Positions 1 through 10,869 of a stretch of 64,000 nt of DNA are shown here, in pieces. A program made the translations under genes and the position numbers. Under the pieces are notes generated by a model. It was not told where the DNA came from, did no database searches, and was given only the letters and a program-made list of their open reading frames with translations. The stretch covers positions 29,327 through 93,326 of the forward strand of contig JACKFK010000005.1 in assembly GCA_020632515.1 (NCBI GenBank), written 5' to 3'. Each line of letters begins with the position of its first letter. Position 1 is the first letter of the stretch. This DNA comes from Candidatus Omnitrophota bacterium. Its GTDB lineage: Bacteria > Omnitrophota > Gorgyraeia > Zapsychrales > Zapsychraceae.

Positions 1-1716
<1,716 letters not shown>

Positions 1717-1767
1717 GGGAACGAAAGAATATCCAATATTTTTTTATTTTTCATCTATTTAAAATAA

Positions 1768-2856
1768 TTAAATTCTCATAGGTAATGCTAGATACAAATA
1801 ATCATCCATTCGCATAACAGCGGGTTTATCCGCCCCCATCAATTCAATAGCAATGCTTTCATCATTTATATTCTTTAAAAAATCAATTAGAAATTGAGGA
1901 TTAAAACCAACAACCATTTCTTCTCCCCCATACTCTACAATAATCTCCTCACGAGATTCGCCTATATCTGGTGTTGTTTTTGATACAACCATTTTATCGG
2001 AAAAAACTTCAAATTTAACAGCTTGAAAATCTGGAGTGGCTAATAAATTCGCTCGGCGAATGGAAGAGAGAAGTTCTTTCGTATTCATAGTAATTCTTTT
2101 TTTAACAGGTTTAGGGATAACCTGGTTATAATTTGGAAATTCCCCTTCGATGATGCGCGTAGCAATTAAGGTTCCGTCAATATCAAATAAAACTTGATTC
2201 ATCCCCAATAAAATCGAAACTTTTCCTTCCTCCTTTAAATTACGATATATTTCTTGGATGGCTTTTATTGGTATGATAACAGATATTTCCTTTTGAATAG
2301 GTTTTTCTAATTTTTTCTCGCTTTTTGCTAAACGCCTCCCATCGGTCGCGACTATTTTTATACTTTCGCTATTAATTTCAATAAGTAGTCCGTTTAGCAC
2401 ATATCTAGATTCTTCATGAGAAACAGCAAATTGAGTCATTCTTAACATTTCTTTTAGAATATTTTGCTCTATTTGAATAATCTCAGAGTCTTTGAATTCC
2501 GGAAAATTAGGATATTCATCTTTTGGTAAACCTATTAACTTAAATCGGCAATTTTTTCCTAATATATCGATTTGATTATTTTTTTTAGCGTGAACAGTAA
2601 CTTCCCCATCTGGTAATTCTTTAACGATATCACTAAATCTTTTTGCAGGAATAGTTATTGAACCTTCTTCAGTTATTTCCACAGGTATTTCACAAGTAAT
2701 ACCGATATCTAAATCTGTCGCACTTAATCTTAAAAAATTGTTTTTTGTTTCAACTAATATATTAGAGAGTATAGGAAGGGTTACTTTATTAGAAACAACA
2801 TTTTGAACTTTATGTATACCGGATAAAAGATCTTCTTTTGAGACTTTAAATTTCAT
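1768..2856 (-). CDS. dnaN: DNA polymerase III beta sliding clamp
   Basis: 362 aa, directly downstream of dnaA. Typical N-terminus MKF.V.KE.L......V...V......LPIL.NIL. Confidence 0.93.
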   Translation of the reverse strand: MKFKVSKEDLLSGIHKVQNVVSNKVTLPILSNILVETKNNFLRLSATDLDIGITCEIPVEITEEGSITIPAKRFSDIVKELPDGEVTVHAKKNNQIDILGKNCRFKLIGLPKDEYPNFPEFKDSEIIQIEQNILKEMLRMTQFAVSHEESRYVLNGLLIEINSESIKIVATDGRRLAKSEKKLEKPIQKEISVIIPIKAIQEIYRNLKEEGKVSILLGMNQVLFDIDGTLIATRIIEGEFPNYNQVIPKPVKKRITMNTKELLSSIRRANLLATPDFQAVKFEVFSDKMVVSKTTPDIGESREEIIVEYGGEEMVVGFNPQFLIDFLKNINDESIAIELMGADKPAVMRMDDYLYLALPMRI

Positions 2857-3005
2857 AAATCATTACCTCCTAATATATAATTAAAGTTTAAGAATAGTAA
2901 TCGTATAAGTAGGGCCTGTTAATAAGTCGCACAAAGACATAATATTTTAGAAATAAACAAGTTACAGAAAAAAAAGGGTGTTAATAAACTTTGGAAAAAA
3001 AGTGA

Positions 3006-4346
3006 TTATTGCTTTAAAGACCTGGATATCTGATCTAATGTATTTTTTAATTCCCTATTGGTTAATATTTCTTGTTCAATTTTTTTACATGAGTGTAAAA
3101 CGGTTGTATGATCCTTTCCTCCAAACGCGTGCCCAATCTCAGGATAAGACATATTTGACATTTGTCTGGCTAAATACATAGCAACCTGTCTTGCTAAAAC
3201 AATGTTTTTATTGCGGCGTTTGGCCCGTAAATCAGATAATGGCATTTGATAAAAATTAGCCACGGCTTTTTGGATCATTTCAATACTTATCGTTTTAATA
3301 GATTCTTTAACCATATCTTTTAAAATTATTTTTGCCATTTCCAATGTTAAGGGGCTATCTTCTAACATTGCATAAGCTGTGACACGGATAAGGGCGCCTT
3401 CAAGCTCTCGAATATTTGACTTAATTTCTTCAGCTATAAAAGAAATAATATCATCGGGAACTTTTACAGTTTCTAATTCAACTTTTTTTCTTAATATAGC
3501 CAAACGGGTTTCATAGTCAGGTGGTTGAATATCAGTAATCAAGCCCCAAGCAAAGCGTGAGCGCAACCGTTCTTCTAAATTTGCAATTTCTTTAGGCGGC
3601 CTATCAGAAGTTATAATAATTTGTTTTTTATTATTGTGAAGATTGTTAAAAGTGTGAAAAAATTCTTCTTGAGTAGATTCTTTACCAGCGATAAATTGTA
3701 TATCGTCGATTAATAAAACATCTATTTCCCGATATTTTTTTCTAAAATCAACTGTCGAGCGATGGCGGATAGCATCAATTAATTCGTTGGTAAATTTTTC
3801 CGACGACATGTAACTTAATTTAAGTTGGGGATTTATTTCATGAATTTTATGTGTGATGGCCTGTATTAAGTGGGTTTTTCCTAATCCCACCTGTCCATAA
3901 ATAAAAAGAGGATTATAAGCACGCGCAGGCGATTCAGCCACAGCTAATCCGGCGGCACAGGCAAAGCGATTCGATGGCCCGATAACAAAGTTTTCAAAAG
4001 TAAAGCGGGTATTGAGGTTTGAGGGTGTTTGAATTGTTTCCTTCTTAGACTCTTCAAATAAATTTGGCATTTGTTGAGGCGAAGATGAAAATATTGTTGA
4101 ATTCACGGAGAACTCTATGTTTATAGAAGTAGTAGAAAAAGAATTCAAAATATCTTTTAATTTTTCCTCATAATGATCAACAATCCAATTTTTAAAAAAA
4201 GCATCTGGTGTTTCTATAAGAATTGTTTGATGGTCTTTTTCTTTTATTTGAATTGCAGAGAACCATGTTTCATAGGATGTTGTTCCTATTTGTTCGCGAA
4301 TCGGCTCTTGAGCTTTTTGCCAAATTTCTAATAATTGTGTGGACAT
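3006..4346 (-). CDS. dnaA: Chromosomal replication initiator DnaA
   Basis: 446 aa. Walker A GQVGLGKTHL, Walker B LLIDDIQF, and a C-terminal DNA-binding signature GGKDHTTVLHSCKKI. Confidence 0.97.
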   Translation of the reverse strand: MSTQLLEIWQKAQEPIREQIGTTSYETWFSAIQIKEKDHQTILIETPDAFFKNWIVDHYEEKLKDILNSFSTTSINIEFSVNSTIFSSSPQQMPNLFEESKKETIQTPSNLNTRFTFENFVIGPSNRFACAAGLAVAESPARAYNPLFIYGQVGLGKTHLIQAITHKIHEINPQLKLSYMSSEKFTNELIDAIRHRSTVDFRKKYREIDVLLIDDIQFIAGKESTQEEFFHTFNNLHNNKKQIIITSDRPPKEIANLEERLRSRFAWGLITDIQPPDYETRLAILRKKVELETVKVPDDIISFIAEEIKSNIRELEGALIRVTAYAMLEDSPLTLEMAKIILKDMVKESIKTISIEMIQKAVANFYQMPLSDLRAKRRNKNIVLARQVAMYLARQMSNMSYPEIGHAFGGKDHTTVLHSCKKIEQEILTNRELKNTLDQISRSLKQ

Positions 4347-4780
4347 AAAAGAGGATATTTTATAGTTAATTAGTGACGGGTTGTAACTGTTTGTGAATTA
4401 ATAATATAAAGTCTTTTTAAAAATTTTTAAACAAGTTTTCCACAGGCTTGGAAAACTTAGCCTGATAAAACCAATACATACATATTTAAAAATGTTCATT
4501 TTTTAGTAAAAATTATAAAAGGTTCATTGATTGGCGTGAAAAGGTTGAAGCTTTTAGTGTATTGCTAGATTTAAAATTTTTCCTATTATATCAAATAAAA
4601 AACTGATTTCAATTTATATTTTTATCTAGAGCCCTTTTAGGTGATATATTGGCGAAAGATTGTTCGACGGAATTTAAAAAAGGAATTAAAAATATAACCT
4701 CTTGAGATACAATAAATTTTGTCTGTAATTTCATGGAAATCGCTTGACTAACAAAAGGCTTATGTTATAATTTACAAATT
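4347..4780. other. Candidate oriC (dnaA-rpmH intergenic region)
   Basis: Non-coding AT-rich spacer between divergent dnaA and rpmH, where gene orientation flips from minus to plus. One near-consensus DnaA box TTTTCCACA (4436-4444) sits inside a 10-bp inverted repeat AAGTTTTCCA/TGGAAAACTT (4433-4458). Weaker boxes: TGTGGACAT (4337-4345), TGTGAATTA (4392-4400), TTATCTAGA (4622-4630). A/T-only runs at 4411-4432 and 4480-4522 are possible unwinding elements. Confidence 0.5.
4744..4771 (+). promoter_or_regulatory. Sigma70-type promoter for rpmH
   Basis: TTGACT (4744-4749), 16-nt spacer, TATAAT (4766-4771), 9 nt upstream of the rpmH ATG. Confidence 0.5.
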
Positions 4781-4918
4781 ATGAAAAAGAATTTAAAAAC
4801 AGCGACAACACTAAAAGGTAAACGCTCCCATGGTTTTCGAAAGCGTATGAGTACTGCCGACGGGCAGAAAGTACTTCAACGAAGACGATCAAAAGGGCGA
4901 AAAAAACTTACAGTTTAA
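4781..4918 (+). CDS. rpmH: 50S ribosomal protein L34
   Basis: Too short for the ORF track. Hand translation: [45 protein letters not shown] (45 aa), the L34 signature. Confidence 0.93.
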   Translation: MKKNLKTATTLKGKRSHGFRKRMSTADGQKVLQRRRSKGRKKLTV

Positions 4919-5033
4919 CCTTTGCTTGCCCTTCTTGATATAATCTCTCTAAAAGATCAAGTAGAATCCCATAATCACAATTTGATATTGGATCATACCA
5001 CAAGCAAGCATAACTTATAGCAAGGGATACTTA

Positions 5034-6689
5034 ATGGAAAAACGAATGCTGCTGGCCCTTTTTTTATCTTTTTTTGTACTAACGCTTTGGTCAACTTTTA
5101 ATCCCCCTAAAAGGAATGGTGCCCCCGAGAGTAAAGAGTTGTCTCAAATACACAAAAACAGTGTGAGCGAGCCGAGTGAAGTTCAAAATGAAATTGTTGA
5201 AACAAATAATATAATTAATATTAATAATAATACTAATAATATTAAATATGAGTTAGATAATGGGTATTTTGTAGCAACTTTTACAAATATCGGCGCAAAA
5301 CTGGAATCTCTTTTTATTAAAGCAGAAAATGTCCACCCCCCTTTGGTTGACTTTTCTTCGTTCGATAAATTTACGTTAATCCCGTTCTCTTTGAAACGAC
5401 AAACAGCAAATGAAATTGTTTTTGTTGCCAGATTGGACAATATCGAAATTATTAAAACCTTTTCCGTAGAGGGGCAATATGTGATTAAAAGCGCCATCCA
5501 GGTTACTAATAATTCTGATAAACGAATTTCTTTTGGAGGAAACGTAAAAGCCTTTAGAATAGATGTTTCACATGAAACATTAAAGAAAAAGGGATATTTC
5601 GATAACGCAAACGCTTCTCGTAATGGTATGTTAAATGAATATGCTATAAAAATAGGTAATAAGATCATTCGAAAGAACAATGCAAACGTATTTAAGGATA
5701 AACATAATAAAAGCGAAATGCTGGAAAATGTTGAATGGATTGCCTTTCGGGATAGACATTTTTGTTCCATAGTTAAGCCTTTGGATCCTGTAAAAGGCTA
5801 CCAGACAAGCGTTAATAGCGAAAAGATGCTTGATTTGTATTTTTTAAATGACAACCCCTCTATTGATCCCGGCGCCGAACTTAGATTTGGTACTGAAATA
5901 TTTATTGGGCCACAAGAAGTCGATGTTTTGAAAAAATTTGGTTCTTTTAGGGATATTGTCAGTTATAAAATTGGTGGATTTTTTGACATTTTTGCGCTAG
6001 GGTTAGGGGATCCTGCGGCAAAAGGTATTTTAATTTTACTTAAAATTATTAAAAATCTTATTCATAGTTGGGGCTTTTCGATAATTATTGTCGCCCTTTT
6101 CATTTGTGGCATTACGTATCCACTCACATTGAAGAGCATGAGATCTATGAAAAAGGTTCAAGCCTTTCAGCCAGAAATGGCTAAAATAAAGGAGAAGCAT
6201 AAAAATAATCCACAAAAAATGAATCAGGAGATGATGGAATTTTATAAAAAGCATAAAATCAATCCATTGGGAGGTTGTTTACCAATGTTTTTTCAAATGC
6301 CTCTCTTTTATGGTGTAATCCAGCTTCTTTGGCGGTATGTGGGGTTTAGAGGAGAATCGTTTTTGTGGATTAAGGACTTATCAGAACCTGATCGGTTGTT
6401 TATTTTGTCAGTAAACCTGCCTGTTTTGGGTAATGAAATTAATATTTTACCCATTATTGTTTTTGTTTTGGCTATTTTTCAGCAAAAATTTTCAGGAAAA
6501 AATGTTAATGTCTCTGATCCTAACCAGGCCTTGCAAATGAAGATGATGAGAATAATGTTTCCAGCGATGATTATTTTGTTTTTTTACAGATTTGCTAGTG
6601 CAATGGCGCTCTATTTTACTATTTATTATAGTTTTTCGACGTTTACACAGTGGAAAATGTCGAAAGAGCAGAATGTGGTTGTTTCCTGA
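5034..6689 (+). CDS. yidC: Membrane protein insertase YidC
   Basis: 551 aa. N-terminal TM segment, large periplasmic domain, and a C-terminal 60-kDa-IMP core (NPLGGCLPMFFQMPLF). Sits in the conserved slot after rpmH. Confidence 0.92.
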   Translation: MEKRMLLALFLSFFVLTLWSTFNPPKRNGAPESKELSQIHKNSVSEPSEVQNEIVETNNIININNNTNNIKYELDNGYFVATFTNIGAKLESLFIKAENVHPPLVDFSSFDKFTLIPFSLKRQTANEIVFVARLDNIEIIKTFSVEGQYVIKSAIQVTNNSDKRISFGGNVKAFRIDVSHETLKKKGYFDNANASRNGMLNEYAIKIGNKIIRKNNANVFKDKHNKSEMLENVEWIAFRDRHFCSIVKPLDPVKGYQTSVNSEKMLDLYFLNDNPSIDPGAELRFGTEIFIGPQEVDVLKKFGSFRDIVSYKIGGFFDIFALGLGDPAAKGILILLKIIKNLIHSWGFSIIIVALFICGITYPLTLKSMRSMKKVQAFQPEMAKIKEKHKNNPQKMNQEMMEFYKKHKINPLGGCLPMFFQMPLFYGVIQLLWRYVGFRGESFLWIKDLSEPDRLFILSVNLPVLGNEINILPIIVFVLAIFQQKFSGKNVNVSDPNQALQMKMMRIMFPAMIILFFYRFASAMALYFTIYYSFSTFTQWKMSKEQNVVVS

Positions 6690-6724
6690 TGCAATTGTAG
6701 TATAATCCAAAATGAGGTGATAGA

Positions 6725-6919
6725 ATGGTGAATAAGAAAGTAAAAGGGATTGAGGTTGAGGGTAGCACTGTTGAGGAAGCTATTCAGAAGGCAATGGAGA
6801 TGTTAAATTTGTCTCGAGATGAAATAAATGTAAAAGTTGTTTGCGAAGAAAAAAAAGGGCTTTTTGGTATGGAGGGGGCGAAGCCTGCCAAAATTAAAGT
6901 GACGTTGAAGGAAAAGTAA
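6725..6919 (+). CDS. Jag_N-domain-only protein (N-terminal part of Jag/KhpB)
   Basis: 64 aa. IEVEGSTVEEAIQKAMEMLNL..DEINVKVV.E.KKGLFG...KPAKIKV resembles the Jag N-terminal domain. No KH or R3H part follows; only 41 nt separate it from parA. Confidence 0.65.
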   Translation: MVNKKVKGIEVEGSTVEEAIQKAMEMLNLSRDEINVKVVCEEKKGLFGMEGAKPAKIKVTLKEK

Positions 6920-6938
6920 TTTTTTGTTTAGGATATTG

Positions 6939-6954
6939 AGTTTCACGTGAAACT
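6939..6954. promoter_or_regulatory. parS centromere-like site
   Basis: AGTTTCACGTGAAACT is a perfect 16-bp palindrome. It matches the parS consensus tGTTtCACGTGAAACa at the 14 internal positions. It lies 12 nt upstream of parA. Confidence 0.8.
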
Positions 6955-6966
6955 TTAGGGATGTGT

Positions 6967-7812
6967 ATGGGAAAAATAATCAGCATTTGTAATCAGAAAG
7001 GTGGAACAGGAAAAACCACCACAACAGTTAATTTAGCCGCAGCCTTGGCAGAATTAGGGGCTCGTGTAGCTATTGTTGATTTGGATCCACAAGGAAATGC
7101 TACAAGCGGCGTCGGAGTAAATAAAAGCGAGCTCGAGTATTCCGTTTATGATTTACTATTAAATAGGGCGGAAATTAAGGATGTTTTAATTAAGAGCGTT
7201 GTTAAAGGTGTAGATATTATTCCTTGTAATATTAGCCTTACGGGCGCCGAGATTGAGTTGGTTGGAGCTTTATCTAGGGAATCTCGATTAAAGAAAGCTC
7301 TAGAAATGATAAGGCAAGAGTATCATTTTATTTTTATTGACTCTCCCCCCTCCTTAGGTCTCCTTACTCTAAATTCTTTGGTTGCAAGCGGTTCCATCAT
7401 TATACCAATTCAATGTGAGTTTTATGCCTTGGAAGGAGTCTCTCAGCTTTTAAATACCCTTAATTTGGTAAAGGAAAGTTTAAATACAGGATTAGTTGTT
7501 GAAGGTGTTTTAATGACAATGGCGGATTACCGAACAAATTTAACTTCAGAAGTTATTTCTGAAATTACAAAATACTTTAAAGATAAAGTTTTTAAGGCTG
7601 TTATTCCTCGCAATATAAAATTGAGCGAAGCTCCTAGTTTTGGGAAGCCGATTAATTTGTACGATCCTTGCTCGATTGGCGCGAAGAAGTATAAAGAATT
7701 AGCGGAAGAGTTGTTGGTTAGGAATCCAAATGTTTTGGACATTAATAAGAAGGGAAATGATAATTTTGAAAATGTCCAAAAAGAAAATATTGTCCAATCA
7801 GACAAAATTTAA
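6967..7812 (+). CDS. parA: Chromosome partitioning ATPase ParA/Soj
   Basis: Deviant Walker A NQKGGTGKTTT and MinD/ParA architecture. Start taken at the ATG giving MGKIISI; the ORF is open from 6961. Confidence 0.92.
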   Translation: MGKIISICNQKGGTGKTTTTVNLAAALAELGARVAIVDLDPQGNATSGVGVNKSELEYSVYDLLLNRAEIKDVLIKSVVKGVDIIPCNISLTGAEIELVGALSRESRLKKALEMIRQEYHFIFIDSPPSLGLLTLNSLVASGSIIIPIQCEFYALEGVSQLLNTLNLVKESLNTGLVVEGVLMTMADYRTNLTSEVISEITKYFKDKVFKAVIPRNIKLSEAPSFGKPINLYDPCSIGAKKYKELAEELLVRNPNVLDINKKGNDNFENVQKENIVQSDKI

Positions 7813-7871
7813 TTAGAAAATAAATAAGTTCAAAAAATGAACGTTTTTTTGTTTCAAATTTGGAGGTGGTC

Positions 7872-8720
7872 ATGGAAAAAAGAGCTTTAGGTAAAGGGTT
7901 GTCTGCTTTAATTCCTGAAAAAGAAGTTGAAATCCCAGAATCGGGGGTTTCCTATGTAAAAACAGAAATGGTTTCTGTTAGCAGTGTGCAACCGAGAAAG
8001 GATTATGATGAAGCGAAGTTGCTTGATTTAAAAAAATCCATTCAAGAAAAGGGTATCCTCCAGCCCATCTTAATAAGAAAAAAAGCAGAAGGCTTTGAAG
8101 TTATAGCCGGTGAAAGAAGATTAAGGGCCGCAACATCGTTGGGTTTGCCCGAAATTCCCGCAATTATTAAAGACGTCAGTGATAAAGAGGCTCTTGTTCT
8201 GGCTCTTATTGAAAATATACAAAGAGATGAATTAAATGCTGTTGAAGAAGCGGAAGCGTATAAACGGTTAATAGAAGAGTTTCAATATACACATGAAGAG
8301 GTCGCGAGATCGGTCAGTAAAGAGCGTTCTACTATTTCTAATTTATTGCGCTTGTTAAATTTACCCTTGATAATAAAAAAAGGGCTGGCTGAAGAAAAGA
8401 TTTCTATGGGACATGCGAGAAGTTTGTTAAGTTTAGGTTCTTTAGATGAGCAGACAAAAATGTACGATTTAATTTTAAAAAAAGGTTTGTCGGTTAGGGA
8501 GGTTGAAAATTTAGTAAAAAAAGAAACCGGAGGCGGAGCTCGTCGAGAAAAACTAAGCCCGGCCAAGGACCACGAATTAATTGCTTTGGAAGAAGAATTA
8601 CAAAAAAAATTAGGGACAAAGGTTCGTTTGCTCACAGCAAAAAAACGAGGCAAAATTGTCATAGAATATTATTCAATTGATGACTTAGATCGAATTTTAA
8701 AATTAATGGGAAAAAATTAA
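7872..8720 (+). CDS. parB: Chromosome partitioning protein ParB/Spo0J
   Basis: ParB box GERRLRAA plus an HTH region. ATG at 7872 is preceded by GGAGGTGG; the ORF is open from 7860. Confidence 0.92.
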   Translation: MEKRALGKGLSALIPEKEVEIPESGVSYVKTEMVSVSSVQPRKDYDEAKLLDLKKSIQEKGILQPILIRKKAEGFEVIAGERRLRAATSLGLPEIPAIIKDVSDKEALVLALIENIQRDELNAVEEAEAYKRLIEEFQYTHEEVARSVSKERSTISNLLRLLNLPLIIKKGLAEEKISMGHARSLLSLGSLDEQTKMYDLILKKGLSVREVENLVKKETGGGARREKLSPAKDHELIALEEELQKKLGTKVRLLTAKKRGKIVIEYYSIDDLDRILKLMGKN

Positions 8721-8751
8721 AAGGGGATTATTTTTATAGGACTAAATCGAT

Positions 8752-9261
8752 ATGAAACAGAAAGAAGCCGCATTAATAATAATAAAACCAGATGGTTTTC
8801 ACAAAGGTGTAATTGGGAACATTTTGTTAAAATTTTCTCAAGCGAATCTAGAAATCATAGCATTAAAAATTGCGAAATCTTCGCGAGAGCTCGCTGAACA
8901 ACACTATCAGCACATTAAGGACCAGCCCTTTTTTGAGGACGTAATGTCCTATTTTACTGGAAAGTATCATGGGATTAATAATTTGCTGGTAATTATTTAT
9001 TATGGTGAAAATGCCATTAAAAAGTGCCGAAAAATTGCTGGAGCGACTAACCCTGAAGAGGCGGATCCGAAAAGTATACGAGGATCTTATGGGCGTATTA
9101 CAACCAAAGGAACTTTTGAAAATGTGGTTCATGTCTCGTCAGACCCTTCAGAAGCAAAAAGAGAAATAAAAATATGGTTTAAGCCAGAAGATATTGTTAA
9201 AAATCTGTACGCCACAAAATGGGCGACAATTGCCGAACATAAAGAAAAGGTGTGGGCATGA
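8752..9261 (+). CDS. ndk: Nucleoside diphosphate kinase
   Basis: 169 aa. IIKPDG, and an active-site region NVVHVSSD (variant of N..HGSD). Confidence 0.85.
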   Translation: MKQKEAALIIIKPDGFHKGVIGNILLKFSQANLEIIALKIAKSSRELAEQHYQHIKDQPFFEDVMSYFTGKYHGINNLLVIIYYGENAIKKCRKIAGATNPEEADPKSIRGSYGRITTKGTFENVVHVSSDPSEAKREIKIWFKPEDIVKNLYATKWATIAEHKEKVWA

Positions 9262-10079
9262 TTAATGGCATGACAGGATTTGGCAGTGCACAAATTAATA
9301 CGGGGAAATTAAAAATATCTGTGGAAATAAAAAGCGTTAATCACAGATATTTTGATTTAAGCTCTTACTTACCCCCGGGGTTTGGTTCCTTAGAGAACAA
9401 AATTCGGCAAATGATTCAAAAGAGTATCACGAGAGGGAAAGTAACCTTATCGATAAAAATGATGCAGTTTACCTCGCAAAATTATCAAATTAATAAAGAT
9501 GTTGTTAAACAATATTTAAGCGCGGCAAGACAGTTAAAAAAAGAATTTGGTATTAGTGATGGTTTGTCTACTTTTGAGTTAATAAAATTACCTGGCGTTG
9601 TAGAATCCAAAGAAAAAAATATTAACGTAGAAGCTTTGTGGTCGGACATTGAAAAAAATATCGAAAAGGCTATGCTTGGACTGACGAAAATGAGACAGAG
9701 AGAAGGGCGCAGTTTGGCCGCAGATGTCAAAAATCTTTTATTGAAAATGTTATCTCATGTAAAGAAAATTGAGAAGCGTTCGGAAATGATCATAAAAGGT
9801 AAAAAAAAGGAATTAACAGACGACGAGCTAAAATCTTTTTTAAAGGGAATGGATGTAAGCGAAGAAGTATCGCGGTTAAAACACTATATTGGCGAAATGA
9901 GTTCTTTACTTAAAAGTGCTGTTTCTATAGGAAAAAAAATGGATTTTATTGCTCAGGAAATGCAAAGAGAAACAAACACGATAGGATCAAAGCTCCAAGA
10001 TAAAATTGTTTCAAACAGCGTTATTGCTTTAAAAAGTAAAATTGAAAAAATTCGCGAGCAATCTCAAAATATTGAATAG
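9258..10079 (+). CDS. yicC: YicC family protein (DUF1732)
   Basis: N-terminal MINGMTGFG is the typical YicC start. A conserved C-terminal region follows (FIAQEMQRETNTIGSK). The ATG overlaps the ndk stop (ATGA). Confidence 0.85.
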   Translation: MINGMTGFGSAQINTGKLKISVEIKSVNHRYFDLSSYLPPGFGSLENKIRQMIQKSITRGKVTLSIKMMQFTSQNYQINKDVVKQYLSAARQLKKEFGISDGLSTFELIKLPGVVESKEKNINVEALWSDIEKNIEKAMLGLTKMRQREGRSLAADVKNLLLKMLSHVKKIEKRSEMIIKGKKKELTDDELKSFLKGMDVSEEVSRLKHYIGEMSSLLKSAVSIGKKMDFIAQEMQRETNTIGSKLQDKIVSNSVIALKSKIEKIREQSQNIE

Positions 10080-10112
10080 CAACCGCCTTTTTAATTTAAA
10101 AATGACTATTGT

Positions 10113-10706
10113 ATGAAACGCGGAAAAATAATTATTATTTCAGGCCCGTCGGGTTCCGGAAAAACAACTTTATATAAAAAATTACTTAAAAGTTTAAAGT
10201 TTAAAAAGAAATTAGTAAAATCTGTTTCAGTGACTACGCGGGAGAAGCGAAAAGGAGAGATTGAAGGAAGAGATTATTTTTTTGTCAGTAAAAAGATGTT
10301 CTTTTATAAAAAAAAAGCCGGGCATTTTTTAGAGTCACAGCCGGTATTTGATAATTTTTACGGAACTCCAAAGAAGAATGTAAGAGATTTGCTAAAAAGA
10401 GGCAAAAACGTTCTTCTTTGTATTGATGTAAAAGGGGCAAAAGTTGTTGCACAACAATTTAAATCGGCAGTAAAGGTTTTTATTAAAACAGAAAATTGGG
10501 AAGAGCTCAAAAAAAGATTGCAGGCTAGAGGCTCCGATGATGAACGAAGCATGCGGTTACGCCTAAAAATAGCGAAAGATGAATTAAAGGAACAATCCAT
10601 GTATGATCATATTATTATTAATAGCAATTTAAATAAGGCCTTTTCTGAATTGACACAGATTATAAAGGAGGAGATATCTTTTGAGGATGAGAGTTGTAAC
10701 GCGTAG
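10113..10706 (+). CDS. gmk: Guanylate kinase
   Basis: P-loop GPSGSGKTT. Sits in the conserved yicC-gmk-rpoZ neighbourhood. Confidence 0.9.
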   Translation: MKRGKIIIISGPSGSGKTTLYKKLLKSLKFKKKLVKSVSVTTREKRKGEIEGRDYFFVSKKMFFYKKKAGHFLESQPVFDNFYGTPKKNVRDLLKRGKNVLLCIDVKGAKVVAQQFKSAVKVFIKTENWEELKKRLQARGSDDERSMRLRLKIAKDELKEQSMYDHIIINSNLNKAFSELTQIIKEEISFEDESCNA

Positions 10707-10768
10707 GAATTTCTTAAGTTGAGAAAATTTATCAAAAATTACCAAATAAGGGAAAATCGTTATTTTTT

Positions 10769-10797
10769 TTGACAAAAATAAGACGATATGATATATA
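10769..10797 (+). promoter_or_regulatory. Sigma70-type promoter candidate for rpoZ-coaC
   Basis: TTGACA (10769-10774), 17-nt spacer, TATATA (10792-10797). Confidence 0.4.
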
Positions 10798-10798
10798 T

Positions 10799-10837
10799 AC
10801 TCCCTATTATTAGAACCATAATATGGGAGTTTTTTAT
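10799..10837 (+). terminator. Intrinsic terminator candidate (after gmk)
   Basis: Stem ACTCCCTATTA / TAATA(T)GGGAGT with a one-nt bulge, 9-nt loop, followed by TTTTTATT. Confidence 0.5.
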
Positions 10838-10869
10838 TATAAGGCTACGAAAAAAGGAGATTAAAGATC

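Noticed and set aside
5183-5770. A 195-aa minus-strand ORF inside yidC.
   Set aside because: It is fully antisense to the conserved YidC frame. It has no SD, no recognisable motifs and a hydrophobic, low-complexity composition.
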